Shown: positions 1-12,600 of the stretch, piece after piece | Numbering within the stretch: position 1 is the first letter of the stretch | Layout: each line of letters starts with the position of its first letter | Source of the DNA: an uncultured Verrucomicrobiae bacterium | Lineage (GTDB): Bacteria > Verrucomicrobiota > Verrucomicrobiia > Palsa-1439 | NCBI GenBank assembly: GCA_963812605.1 | Contig: CAWEWF010000014.1 | Coordinates: 32,001-96,000, forward strand | Direction of reading: 5' to 3' | DNA: 64,000 nt | The notes under the pieces: model-generated | Told to the model about the DNA's origin: nothing | Database searches by the model: none | What the model saw: the letters and a program-made list of their open reading frames with translations, nothing else | Made by a program: the position numbers and the translations under genes

Positions 1-2056
1 CACCATCCCGAGCAAATGAGCTACTTCAACATGGTTTCCAGCGATACGGCCGAGGTCAAACTCCGCACGTTACAGGATGATGTCCAGAAGGTGGCGGTGC
101 ATTGGCGGGATGGACGCGAACGCGACGTGTGGATGCATCGCAGTGACACCGCGTTTGGTTTTGACTACTGGAGCGCCACGGTCACCGCCGAAACCACAAA
201 CAAGACGGCAGCCTACTACTTCACGCTCATTGATGGCCCGGCGACCAACACCTTTGGGGCGGGCAGTGAGTACCAATGGCGTCCAGTGGTTCAAGGCTGA
301 GTTGATCGATCGGTTCCCGACACCGATGTGGGCGCGCAATGTCGTGTGGTATCAGATTTTTCCTGAACGTTTCCGCAACGGGACAGCGGAGAATGATCCG
401 CCGCACACGTTACCGTGGCGTTGGGATTGGTACAAGCTGGCGCGCGGAGAGAAGCCGGCGGATAACAAGGCGTTCTCGAATGATTGGTATGGGCGCCGGT
501 TCGGGGGCGACCTTCAGGGGGTCATCAGCCAACTACCGTATTTCCGCGATTTGGGAGTGACGGCGCTGTATTTTTGCCCGGTTTTTGAGGCGAGTTCCTA
601 CCACGGTTACGACACGGTCGATTACCGGCACATCTCCCAATACTTCGGCTTTACGAATGACAACGAAAGCGTCATCGCGCATGAGACACTCGACCCAAAG
701 ACGTGGCAATGGACGCCGTCGGACAAGCTCTTCCTGGACTTCGTCAAGGCAGCGCACGCGCAGGGTTTGAAAGTCATTATTGATGGCGTTTTCAACCACA
801 TGGGCAAGGACAGCTTTGCGTTACGCGATGTGCTTACCAATGGAGTGAGTTCCGCGTATGCGGATTGGTTCGAGGTGACAGATTGGGGACCGCCAGTGAA
901 GTACCATTCCTGGGATGGAGGCGGCTGGATGCCGAATTTCCGCAAGGACGCGGAGAACGGGATCGCTTCGGATTCCGCGCGGAAGTATCTGTTTGATATC
1001 ACGCGACGGTGGATGGACCCCAGCGGCAACGGAGACCCATCGGCTGGGGTCGACGGTTGGCGATTGGATGTCGCCGAAGGCGTACCCAGCGCCTTCTGGG
1101 TGGCCTGGCGCAAGCACGTCAAGTCGATCAACCCGCGCGCGTACATCACGGGCGAGGCGTGGGGCGCGGTGCCAAAGCATTTGCAGGGCGACGAGTGGGA
1201 TGCGGTGATGAACTACCAGTTCGCCATGCGGGCCATTCACTATTTCATCGACCAGAAGCGCAAGATTTCCGCCAGTGAGTTTGACCGGCAGCTAAAGGAC
1301 CTGCTGAAAACGTATCCGCTGCAAGCCGACTACGTCATGCAGAATCTTTATGACTCACATGACACCGATCGCCTGGCAAGCATGATCATCAACCCGGACC
1401 GGGATTACGACCAGGGCAATCGTCCCCAGGACGGCGCTCCCTACGATGGCTCGAAGCCGTCGGCCCCCGCGTATCGGGTTTTGAAGCTTATGGCGACGTT
1501 TCAAATGACGTTTCTCGGCGCCCCGATGATCTGGTACGGGGACGAAGTCGGCATGTTTGGCGCGGGTGACCCGACCGACCGCAAGCCGATGCTCTGGCGC
1601 GACCTGGAACCGTACGATAATCCACAAGATGCGGTCATGGCGGATGTGTACGAGCATTACCGTCGCGTGATTGCCATTCGGAATACCTATCCGGCGTTCC
1701 GCAGCGGGGATTTTGAAACGCTGTTGACGGATGATGCGAATGACCTGTACGGCTTCACCCGCACTTATCACGGCGAGGTAGTCGCCGTGATCGTGAACAA
1801 CAGCGACAAGGACCAGATGATCGATCTCAACGTCCCGTTTCCGAATGACAGCCGCATTGTCGATGTGATGGCGGCCGCGCCGGTGGAGTTTTACCGGGCT
1901 TCGCCGCAAAGCCTGAATTTTCCGAACTTTGAGGCCAGCGCGACGATTCGGGCATTGCGGCTCGGACCGGACGCTGGCCCGGTCTACGTTGTGCGCAGTG
2001 GAAAAATCCACGTTGGCATGGCGGGGAAAAGCGCGGCAATCCTGGTGAAACGGTAG
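1..2056 (+). CDS. GH13 alpha-amylase family (neopullulanase/cyclomaltodextrinase-like); 5'-truncated by the window edge; frameshift near 262
   Basis: Motifs WYQIFPERF, GGDLQGV, YHGYD, DGVFNH, DGWRLDV (nucleophile), GEAW (acid/base) and DSHD. Frame 1 is open from base 1 and joins ORF 77..2056. Confidence 0.9.
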
Positions 2057-2074
2057 ATACGCGGAGACTGCCGC

Positions 2075-5000
2075 TTACGGCAATACCAGGTGCACCCGGT
2101 AGAATCGTCCCACCACCGCAGTTGTGTCGGTCGTGGACGTTGACGGCCCGGTGGCGGTGATGTCGGGGCCGGCCACATCGGTAAACGCACCGGGTAGCGT
2201 ATCTGTAGACTGCAGGTGATACGTCTTGCCGGAGACACTTTCCCACGTAATGGTGTTGACGTTACCCGTGCGGGAGACACTGGTGATTTGCATCGTCGAA
2301 GCACTGTTCGTAGGGTCCGTGCCGGCCAAGAATTCCTGCAAGTTCGACAGCCCGTCGCCATCTGGGTCGGCGTTGGCCACATTCGGATCCAGCGGATTGA
2401 ATCCGTATTGCAACGACCAGTAATCAGGAATCCCGTCGCCAGCATAACTGTTGGTGCCGTAGGTCACGACGATCGAATTGGCCCCTGAGGTGTTATTGAA
2501 CGGACCATGCACGTGGACGCGTCCGGTGGATGTGTCGTAGTCCGCCGGAGCCGGAACATAGTAGGCGCCGTTGGTGACGACCATGACGGGCGGGCCACCG
2601 GCGGGAATGCGCAAGTACATGTCGTAATTCAGCGCGCCCACCGTCCGCTTGTTGATATCGGCGCGTGTGTTCGATGGGTTCGCGGTGATGGTGATGTCGA
2701 ACCGCTGGCTCTCGAAGAGCATGTTGTTGTAGCTGATCGAACTCCATCCGTTGGGCAGTTTGGGCGCGAAATAACAAGTGTTGTTCGTGGACTGCGGCTT
2801 GTAATCGAGGAACATCATCATCTGGTCAACGAGTGTCGAATGCGATTCCCAGACGTTGGGCCAGGCGGTCTGCAGCCAGAAATTCGGATATTTCTGCAGC
2901 GCCGTGGTTGGCGCAATCTGTTCGGACGCCAGGCCGTTCGGGCCGAGTTTGGCGATGAGTTTATCGAGCATCGCCAGGTTCGTCGTCACGAGCGTGTTGC
3001 CGCCGACGTAATCCTGCCAGCGTGTGTAGTACTCCCCGTACCACGAAGAGGCGAGAAACCAGGGGCTGTGACCGAAGGGAGAGGGCGCCGTGTTCCAGTA
3101 ATTGTCTGAATTGTTGTTGACGTTGTAAACGTAGCGATTGACCAAACCGACAATGCCGGGATAATTCACTGTGTCGCCCTCGACGAGGGTGTCGGTGTGT
3201 CCGCCAGCCGTTTGCCGTCCATGGAGCCATTCCACCACGTTGGTCATGCGGGGGTCCGCCGGCGAGTACGTCTCGTACGGCACCACCAGTCCCAGTTGAC
3301 TGATGTCCGATGGCTCGACCCGATTGTCGATGCGGGCATCCATACCCGATTTAAGATTCACAGCGCGCGAGCGGAATGTGCTCGCCCAGCTATTGCTCCC
3401 GACATACTGGGCGATATTGGCCGCGTCATTTAATCCACGCACCACACTACTGTTGGAGTAAAGGAAGAGGCCAAACGAATCCTCCCAAACATTGTTGCCG
3501 TTCATCAAGTTGAACGTGGGGTCGATATATACATCGGTATTGCTGCAACTATTCTCGCTGCTGGCGTTGGCGCACTGAAACGCGAGATTCCAGAAGTTTG
3601 TCAGGAAGGTCCCATCGCCCGTTGCCAGAAAATGGTAATACAAGCCCCAGGGGATGCTCGCCGTCTCGTCCAGTTGCGGAGACGTCCACACCTTGTAACC
3701 GTCCGTCGTGTACTTCTGGTAGAAGATGCCCAAGCCGCCGTCCACGCAGTCGGTGTCACGGAAAGCGATGTCACGGCACCATTGATAAAAGGCGGCGGCC
3801 TCGTTGGTGTGGCCGGTCCGATCCAGCGTGATCGCCGCATAGACCCCGTCGCGCGGCCAGACGAAGGGATAGGCGCCGTTATGCATGCCGGCGATGATCG
3901 CCCCCGTTTTGGCATCGATGTGCAGGGCCGTCACCAGCAGCGAACGATTGAACAGCGAATTGTACTGCGCGCCCGGCAGGTTGACGGTAACGCCTGCACC
4001 AAGCCAATTGGACCAGTACGCCTGGGTCGTAGCTTGCGCATTCGAGACGTTACTCGAATAGAACCAATCGATCATCGGCCGGCCCCAGAAGTTGTGCGTG
4101 CCCGTGGCGCCCGCAAAATCGTCCCAGGAACCGACAATCATCACATCGACTTCCGTGGGTTGGCCCGGAGGCAGCATAACGCGTTTTCCGATCCAGCCCT
4201 CCTGATTGTCGGTGCTGGTGTGATCGCGCCAGCTTCCATCGGCCATCGCGCCTGCGCCGGTGGTGCTGTTCGTCACGAGTTTCATGACAGTACCGAAGTA
4301 AAGCGAAGTGCTTTTCTGCCACGGGAAGGCAAACGCGGGCGAATACTCGGTGGTGTAACCGTTTGGATCACAGGAATTCGTCTGCACCGGCACGAGGCGA
4401 GAGGTGTTGTCGAAGGCGATCATGGCGTTGTAGTTCGTCCCAACGGCGTTGGTTTCCCAGTACATGGTGTCGTATTCGTTGCCGCCGTTGATGTTAAAGT
4501 TCGCGTCGAAATAGAAGTCGATCGTGTTGGTGGTGGCCTGAAGATTGGTGAGCACAAACCGCTTGACGTAGACGCCGTAGTTGGTGCGCGTCCCATCCGT
4601 CACCACGGGCAGTGCGTTGGTCGTCGGGCAGAAGTCGTATTGTTCCACCAGGATATTATTGCCGCCTGCGGTAAAGAGATTCGTGGTGTAGACGACATTG
4701 TTGTCCGTGACATAGCGCTGCCCGACAGGATTGTAATCCGTGCCGCTGGTGTTTTGCAGCCAGTGAATGCTGTTCGTGCCGCCTTCGATCGTCCCGATAC
4801 CGCCCATGGCGGCGATCAGGTTCATCTGGCCGTTGGCTTCCTGGTCGAGGCTGGGGCAGCTCGGGAACTCTTCCGGACCGCGATAGCCTTCATTGGAAGT
4901 GCCGACTCCATGGCGGTCGCCGACGCTGGGATAATAAATATCGTAGGTGTTTCCGTTCTGGTCGAGCTGCACCGTCATGTATTGGTTGCCGACGATGGCC

Positions 5001-5920
5001 TCTTCCTTCCAGTGATGGATGTTTGTGGCGGGATCGCTCGGATAACCCGCCGTCGCGCCGCCCGGCCAGGGCATGGCGTGGGATGTGTAGCTGTAGTTAT
5101 TTCCCGCGTTGCTGTCCAGGTTCAATGTCAGGGTATCCACGTTGCCGTCGTTCAGCCCGCCGGTCGGCGTGACTGTGGAACTGAACACGTAGTAAGCCAC
5201 CGTCGCGCCGTTGGGCATGGGAGGAATTGGCGCCGAATAGCTCGTGCCTGACCCGGATGCTTCGACAAATGTCGTGCTCGCAAAATTATTCGTCGTCCAG
5301 CGGATGAAGATATGCTCCTCCACCGATTTCGGCGCACTCAGGCCGATGTTCACGGTAACAGTGTCGTTGGTGCGCGGTACCGCAGGAGACTGGCTCAAAC
5401 GGGTGACGGAGACGGGACGCGCTGAGGTTTTCATCACACCGATTACCGCATTATTGCCGCTCGGCGGGTTCAGAGTGCGAAATGAATAGAAGGCGCCATT
5501 TTGCACGGTAATCGTCCCATTGTTCGCGGAGAACCACGTAAATGTCGTGGTGCCGTCGATGCCGGCGGTCGCGCCGCCCCAATTGCTGCCAAACGAGCCG
5601 TCCGCCGCCAACTTGAATTCGTAAGTGCCGTTGGTCACGTCCCCACCCGAGGCGGCGACAAACATGACATTGGTGTACCAATCCATTCCCGAGGGCGTAC
5701 CCGGCGGGGACACTTTATTCATGCGAAACGGGCCGGAGGTATCCGCAGCGTTGAAACTGTCCCACGTACCGGGAAGATTCATCGTGGTCCACGCTGTGGC
5801 GGTCGACGCGGAAAACCCGGTGAGCGCCAGCGCGGCGAGCAGGGCAATGAGAATCCGTCCGGGCCGATCTGCTAAAGCGGTTGAGCAACCGAGGCGAGAA
5901 GCTCGAAATTCTTGCGTCAT
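2075..5920 (-). CDS. Secreted GH15 glucoamylase-like protein with N-terminal CBM/Ig-like modules, a DxDGDG Ca-binding repeat and the shared C-terminal domain
   Basis: Signal peptide; GAIIA...YPFVWPRDG, QLDET and NVWE motifs typical of GH15; DPDGDGLSNLQEFLAGTDP; ends RFYRVHLVLP. Confidence 0.85.
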   Translation of the reverse strand: MTQEFRASRLGCSTALADRPGRILIALLAALALTGFSASTATAWTTMNLPGTWDSFNAADTSGPFRMNKVSPPGTPSGMDWYTNVMFVAASGGDVTNGTYEFKLAADGSFGSNWGGATAGIDGTTTFTWFSANNGTITVQNGAFYSFRTLNPPSGNNAVIGVMKTSARPVSVTRLSQSPAVPRTNDTVTVNIGLSAPKSVEEHIFIRWTTNNFASTTFVEASGSGTSYSAPIPPMPNGATVAYYVFSSTVTPTGGLNDGNVDTLTLNLDSNAGNNYSYTSHAMPWPGGATAGYPSDPATNIHHWKEEAIVGNQYMTVQLDQNGNTYDIYYPSVGDRHGVGTSNEGYRGPEEFPSCPSLDQEANGQMNLIAAMGGIGTIEGGTNSIHWLQNTSGTDYNPVGQRYVTDNNVVYTTNLFTAGGNNILVEQYDFCPTTNALPVVTDGTRTNYGVYVKRFVLTNLQATTNTIDFYFDANFNINGGNEYDTMYWETNAVGTNYNAMIAFDNTSRLVPVQTNSCDPNGYTTEYSPAFAFPWQKSTSLYFGTVMKLVTNSTTGAGAMADGSWRDHTSTDNQEGWIGKRVMLPPGQPTEVDVMIVGSWDDFAGATGTHNFWGRPMIDWFYSSNVSNAQATTQAYWSNWLGAGVTVNLPGAQYNSLFNRSLLVTALHIDAKTGAIIAGMHNGAYPFVWPRDGVYAAITLDRTGHTNEAAAFYQWCRDIAFRDTDCVDGGLGIFYQKYTTDGYKVWTSPQLDETASIPWGLYYHFLATGDGTFLTNFWNLAFQCANASSENSCSNTDVYIDPTFNLMNGNNVWEDSFGLFLYSNSSVVRGLNDAANIAQYVGSNSWASTFRSRAVNLKSGMDARIDNRVEPSDISQLGLVVPYETYSPADPRMTNVVEWLHGRQTAGGHTDTLVEGDTVNYPGIVGLVNRYVYNVNNNSDNYWNTAPSPFGHSPWFLASSWYGEYYTRWQDYVGGNTLVTTNLAMLDKLIAKLGPNGLASEQIAPTTALQKYPNFWLQTAWPNVWESHSTLVDQMMMFLDYKPQSTNNTCYFAPKLPNGWSSISYNNMLFESQRFDITITANPSNTRADINKRTVGALNYDMYLRIPAGGPPVMVVTNGAYYVPAPADYDTSTGRVHVHGPFNNTSGANSIVVTYGTNSYAGDGIPDYWSLQYGFNPLDPNVANADPDGDGLSNLQEFLAGTDPTNSASTMQITSVSRTGNVNTITWESVSGKTYHLQSTDTLPGAFTDVAGPDITATGPSTSTTDTTAVVGRFYRVHLVLP

Positions 5921-5951
5921 GTGCGTGCGTATCCCGATAGCCCCGACTGAA

Positions 5952-6527
5952 TCAGCCCATGCCGGCGTATTCTTCGTCGGTGATGATATGGCGTCCCATC
6001 AGCACGTAATCGTGCGCGAGAGCCTGCATGTCCTTGACGTAGTCGGGCAGAACCAATAACTCGCTGAATCCCAATTCAGCGAACACCAGTCGCGCAGCCT
6101 GCTGGTCGCCCAGAAACTCGGCTTCCAGCTTCTCCAACCCAACGTCGCTCGCGATGTCGATCAACTCCTGTACCAATGTTCGCGCCAAGCCACGTCCGCG
6201 ATAGCCAGGGTGGACCACGACGCTGATCCGGCCGATATGACGCTTCCAGCCGCCGAGCTGTTGGTGGAGGGAGGCGTCGGCGACAATTTTGCCATCCGCG
6301 ATGGCGAGCAAGGGCAGGATCTTCCCGTAGTCGATGCGCTGGCACCAATCACGGATGACCTCCGGTTCAGTGACGCGATGCTTGAAAAGGAGGCGTTCGT
6401 TATCGGGTACGGTGCAGAAGAATTCGTGAAAGGCCTTTTCGTCCGCCGCTACCAGCGGGCGTATGGTGACATCCAGGTCACCCTTTAGGGTCACCGCCTT
6501 CGGATAACGCTCAAGATGATCGTCCAC
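5952..6527 (-). CDS. GNAT N-acetyltransferase
   Basis: Acetyl-CoA-binding motif VHPGYRGRGLA; probable GTG start at 6527. Confidence 0.85.
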   Translation of the reverse strand: MDDHLERYPKAVTLKGDLDVTIRPLVAADEKAFHEFFCTVPDNERLLFKHRVTEPEVIRDWCQRIDYGKILPLLAIADGKIVADASLHQQLGGWKRHIGRISVVVHPGYRGRGLARTLVQELIDIASDVGLEKLEAEFLGDQQAARLVFAELGFSELLVLPDYVKDMQALAHDYVLMGRHIITDEEYAGMG

Positions 6528-6613
6528 TTGTTGCGCTCGGCTCCTAACTTGTTCACGATACCAGATGAACCGGCCAACATCAAGCTGCGAAATTGATTCA
6601 ATTCCGGCAGTGA

Positions 6614-9600
6614 TCACGGGACAACCTTGACCTTGTAGTATTTCGTTGCGTCGGTGGTGTCAACGTCCGTATAGCTCGTGGTTGCGCCCGCGGAGGGCAC
6701 GGTGCTGCCCACGGGCGCGTAGGCGCCGGCCAGACTCGTCGTGGCATAGACCTGATAGTTTTTCCCGGGGACGCTCGTCCACACGATGACGTTGTTGCCG
6801 TTCGGCTGACGCGTAATGCTGATAATGTGGAAGAAGGAGCTCGACTTGGTCGGGTCGGTGCCTGTGAGGAATTCCTGGAGATTGCTCTGGCCGTCGCCAT
6901 CGGGATCAGCGTTGGCGTTGATGTTCGTGGCGCCAAAGTATTTCAGTTCCCAGGCGGTCGTCAGACCGTTGGTATCCCACGGATTGAACGGATCGGCGCC
7001 CAGTTGCGCGGCCTGATAATTCTGAATGTTGTCACCATTCGGCGCGGCGTCACCCTGGAGCGCCTTGATTTCCAGGGCGAAACTGAAGGCCGTGTTTGTG
7101 CTCTGGAGTTCGACCTGTTGGGTCTGCGCCTGGTCGCGCATGTTGACGGTGGCAAAGCCAGCGCCCCGGTCGGTAGCCGCGGCGTTGTAGGTGACATTAC
7201 TGTGGGACGGGACATCGGCATAATCCAGCGCGGCTACGGCAACCGACGAGGGGCTGATGTTCTCAGCCTGGACGTGACCCGTCGAAGCGGCCAACGCCAG
7301 GTTCGCCTGGCCCTGATACATGAGGCTCAGCGCGTCGGGCGACAGGCCGTGGCGGACGTATAGCGTCGTCACGCCCCCGGCCAGCGCGTAGGCGGCTTCC
7401 AGCCGGTCCGAGCCGCTCCCCAACGTGATGGTCTTGGTGATATTGCCGTCGGAGCTGACGAATTGCCAGCCGTTGCTGACCTGCGTGGCGTTGTAGACAT
7501 TGTTCACGTAGAGATTGGTGCCGCCGCTGTTGGAGATCGCCCACCAATCCTTGAATCCGGAAGTGCGATACGCCAAAGGTGCGGCCGGGCTACCGGTAGT
7601 GTTGCTGATCCCTTCGCGCTCGCTCTCGTATTCCGGCGTGCTGGCGAGGCTGCCGACGAGTTGATAAGCGCTGCCCGTAATCGGGTCGCGCGCGAATGCG
7701 GCGATGAGAACGTCCGCCGATGCGCTCGAACACCGCGTAGACTGCGTTGTTGTAAAGTAAGTAGTTTGGTTCGCCGGCCTGTTCAACGTCCTGGGCAACA
7801 ACGACGGTATTGGACGACGGGTTCGATCCAGCCCAGATCGCCGCGTGGGCCACGATGCTCGCCTGGCGCGTCGCGCGCGCGGCGCCCTTGAGAGCAAACT
7901 GTGAGAGCAAATCCGTCGTCGTATCGGGATAGACGTAATCGCCGGTCGAGAAGCGGGCATAATTACCGTTATCCTCGTCGTGAAAAGCGGTCTCGAAGAT
8001 GCCGTTGAGGTATACCAATTCCGCGAGCCTGGTCAGGTTGGACTGCCCGGCAGCGGCGGATTGAACGTCTGTCCAGGTATCCGCGAGAATGGTGCCGTTG
8101 GTGGCGACGTGACCGAGTACTTTGGCCGCCAATACCTCACCGTTGGTGCCGAAGTAGAATTCATTACTGTTGGTATCACGAGTCGGTGCCGGCATTATCG
8201 TCACCGCGCAGGATCGGATGCCGGTTGAAGAAGCTTTCCTCTTGTGAACTGCCGAAGTACCAATTGTTAAGGTTGGTTTCGCTGGCGTGGCGGACGAAGT
8301 CCTTCGCTTGGACATTGAAATTCGCGGAACCGCGTTGATTGATAAACGGCACATCCGAACCATTGACCGTGCCGTCGTTATTGATGTCAAGCTGCCCGGT
8401 GGCAAACTGGTCGAGGCGCACCACCTGAATCCACTGATGATTGGCCAGCCAGCGCAGGTTGAGGTTGAGGTTATCGGGATTGGAATTCCCGCCCACACCC
8501 GCTGCGGTTTCCCAGTTGTCGGCGAGAATGACAACCTGGTCCTGGACGCCATCGATCGCCTTGCGGATGAGAAGTTCGCGCAGGGTGATGCTCGCGCCGA
8601 GGTCATCATTCTGGTAGAGCTGGTCGGACTCCCCGCTGATGAGGAAGGTGTTCATGCCGTTGAATTGATTAAGCTGGTAACCGCCGTCCTGCAATGCGGT
8701 CGGCCTTCCATTACCTGCGCCATAGAGTTGGTCGCCCCACCACCACAGGTGCACCATTTGGTCAAGGATCGCATAATTGTGGCCGCTGTTGGCGGCGAGA
8801 TCAGACAATGACGGCCCGTCAGCGGCGCGCTCCGCAAGGTAAATGGGCGTGTTTGCCGTGACGCTGTTCGATCCGTAGGTGCTGCGCATAAGGTCGTCCT
8901 GCAATTGGACACCCGCGCGGTTGACGGCGCCCGTGAAATAAGGCGCCATGTGGTCCGCGAACATGCCGCTGACGAGGGACACTTGATTGGATTGAATCAG
9001 CGACGCGATGCGCTGGTTGAATTTGGCGCCGTCGACGGAGCCGTTGGTATCGGTCGTGGGATCGCTCTTGGCCCATTGCAGCGCGGAAATCAGGGAACCG
9101 CTCAAATGCAGGTTCAACGGCAGTCCAAAGATCTGGGCCGACTCAAGCGCGCGGTAATAGCCGACAGGGTTGTTGCCGGGGTTGTACGTCGGATCGTAGC
9201 TCGTATTGGCGGCACTGCTGCTGGGGGTGCGCGTTGCGGTATTGGACACGAGATTCTGAATGAGCGTGCCCGGCAGGATCGACTGGTTCCCATGCAGCAG
9301 AATCGCAACCTTGGCGATACCGGGCCGGCTGGTGACGGAGAGCGAAGACGAATAGGACGAGAGGTTGACGGGGCTCTGGTTGACGGATGTAAACCAATAG
9401 TGCAGCGCGTTGCCGTAATTGTTGTTTTGGCTTTGGGTGATACCGTTGTCGTAGATCGAGTCGGTGATTCGCGTGGGATTCGAAAGCGTCGTCGGGCCGG
9501 CCGTGTCGTAGACCTGGAAGTTGAGCGGGGTGAAGCCCGACCACCCTGCGTCGAACAATGCCTGTCGCGGGATGACAAATTCAATCGAGTCAAGGTCCGC

Positions 9601-12600
9601 GCGCCAGTATTGATTTTGGACGCCGCCGGATTGCTGATAGCCGCGGGTCTGGTAGATACCGGGACCGAGCCGGGCAGTTTTACGTACAGGTTCGCCGCAT
9701 AAGAGCCGGCAACCTGACCGTAAATGGCCGCCAGGACGTGCCAGCCCATGTCGGTCGTGGCGCCAACATTTTCGGGAAGCGTAGTCTCACCCGTGCCGGG
9801 CGAGCCGATGTTGATGGCCACATAGAGGCTGACGCGCCCGTTCTGGTCCGCGCCAAAGGTAAGGTCGTGCATGTCCACGCGGAAATAGTAATTACCGTCA
9901 TTGCCACCATCGCGCGCGTAAAAGGCCACGAGGTCGCGGCTCCAGTCGAAACCGTCGTAGATTGGGTAAATGGTATGGTTGTTCACGTTCGGGCCGATTC
10001 CATCGTACGGGCGCACCACCTTCAGGTCATTGACGCTCCAGCCCTGGAATTCCGTAAACCACGTATTGCCGGCCGTGCTGCCAATCGTTGCCCCCGAACC
10101 GACAATCAACGAACCGGCATTGACAGCCACGCCATTGCTGTAAAACAGGGTCGGATCCAGTCCATTCAGGAACTTCGTGATGTTCGAGATGCCGTCACCT
10201 CGGGGATTGCCCGCCGCGCCATTCAGGTTCGTGGTGATCAAGGCGCCGGTGTGCCAGTTGGTGTGACCAATGACACCATCGTCCCACGGGTCGAGTCCGT
10301 AACGTGTCTTCCAACCATCCGGCAGGCCGTTCGGGTCGCCATCGGTGTGCGCATCCATTGGATCCGTTTCGAGAAGTACGGCGTTCGGATACTGTTGAAT
10401 GAGAGCCTTTCGATTCACCCGCGACGTGAGGGGCCAGTAGAGAATGGTGGGCGGCAGTGGAGTGGACAAAACGTTGGTGACGCAGGCGGTGACGTTGCTC
10501 ACGCACGGACAACCGCAACTGGAGGCGTTGTAACCAATGTTGCGGTTGAGCAGGCCGATCTTCAGGAAGCCGGTGCCGCTGGCATTCTCCGCGCCGTCCG
10601 GGATGCCATCGCCATCAGTGTCGGGATTGTTCGGGTCGGTCTCCAACCAGACAGCAGCGGGCCAGACCTGGAGGACTTTCGTGCGGTCGATCATCGAAGT
10701 GTTATAGATGGTTGGCGGGTGGGCGATGACCACGATGCTGGTCGTAATCGCGGTGCCGTTGGGGATCGAGAGGCCACCCATGTTCGGGTACTGCCATGAG
10801 GTGCCGTAACCCGCGATGACCAGAGAGCCGTTGGCGTTCGAGAGTGTGACCGTGTCGTACGTCAGGCCGGCGATGCCATTGGTGCTGGTCAGCGGGGTGC
10901 CGGTGGAATTTGTCAGTGTGATGTCCACGCGACCGTTGTGATTCATGTCTTCAACGGCGTCGCGCAGACCGTCCGCATCGGTGTCGGGTGTGCTGGGGTT
11001 TAACACCGTTCCAGCGATCTGGTCGGTGCGCGGGTTGTTGTAGTTGAACGGCCACGGCACGTAGCCTTGATAGCCCGCGGGGGCAGTCGAGTTGTCGAGC
11101 GTGTTGTAGAGCGGCGGATCCAGGCTCGCGATGAAATTTCGGGTCCCGCAATTCGGATCGAGTCCGGTAACCGTGTTGGTGGCGGCAGGTAGGGGACCGA
11201 TGCCGAGTTTCAAGCCATCCGGTAATCCATTCGGATCGCCATCGCTGTGAGCGCTATTCGGATCGGTCTTGCCGGAGAAGAAATAGACGTGGACATCACT
11301 ATTCTTCCACGTATCTGGATTGGTACTGGGCAGCGGCTGGGCGGTGGTCTCCAGGTAATCGCTGATGCCGTCGTTGTCGCTGTCGTCGCTGTTGGGATTG
11401 GTCGGCACGATTGGACGGAAGGCAACGTCAACACTCCGGAACGTCGTATTGGAGCCGCCGCCGAATACATCCGCGCGGATGAGCCAGGCGCCCGCGACCA
11501 TGTTCGTCCAGTTGAAATTCCACAACAACGCGGTGCCGACGTTCGTGGACAACTGCGCGGGACCACCTTGGAACCCGTTGGTGGTGGGCATGAAACTGAC
11601 CAGGACATTGGTGACGCTGGTGCTGGTCTGCACGGTGATGGTGTACGCATCATTCGTCGGCGCGGCGCCGCCACCGCACGTGCCGAAGACAATCGTGTCC
11701 GGCGGAACGTTCTTGCTGGGATCAACCGCGGGCGGTTGGAGAATACTTGCCGAAACGCCCGTCAGCGAGACGTTCACGATGCGGGAGGCATAGAGGCTCA
11801 CAGCGCCGTCGTCATAAAGGAATTCAATCAGGTGCTGGCCCGCGCTCATGCCGCTCCAGTCGTAACGCAGGTCACGGGTGCCATTGCCGCAGAAACTTCC
11901 TTGGAAAAGATACAGCGGAGTATTGGTGGGAGAGGTCCGCGGCTGCACCGAGCCGTCGATTCGGATGGTGAAATTGGTCGGAACCGCGCTCAGGGAACTG
12001 CTGAAGCAGGCGACAATCTCGTAGAAGCTATTTTGATCGAGCGAGACCGTGTCGCCGTTATTGACCGGGAAGGCGATATTCAGGACCTGTGACGGCGCGG
12101 CGCAGTTTACCTGTCGTGTCAGGGTTGTGTAGTGGTTCGTATACAGCGTCGAGGAGGCGTCCTTGAGGCGGACGGTGATCGTTGCCGGGCCGCTGCTCGG
12201 GATGCCGACATAGTTGAAGCGAAACTCATGGGGCAGGTTCGGATATTGCAGGCCGATAGATGGCAATGGCGAGACTTCCGTGGCCACGGCCCAGGAAGGC
12301 GCGCCGTTGGTGCCGTTCCCATTTCCGTTAAGCTGGCCGGTCGCCGAATCGTCGTTATTTGCGCTATTGTCGTCAATGTGATAATCGACCTCGGTCGTCG
12401 TGTCCTGCGCCCGCACCACCACGCCGTAGGTCTGGCTTCCCAGTGTATCGCCATCATTCGTCGGAAAGGCAATAACCCCGCTTGGCGTCTGCGGCGCGTA
12501 GTAGAAAGATTGCAGGAACGTGTTGAACACGCTGGCCTGGCCACTGCGCGGCAGGAATGTTCGCAGCCGCAACATGTGGAAACCGGCATCCAGACCGACC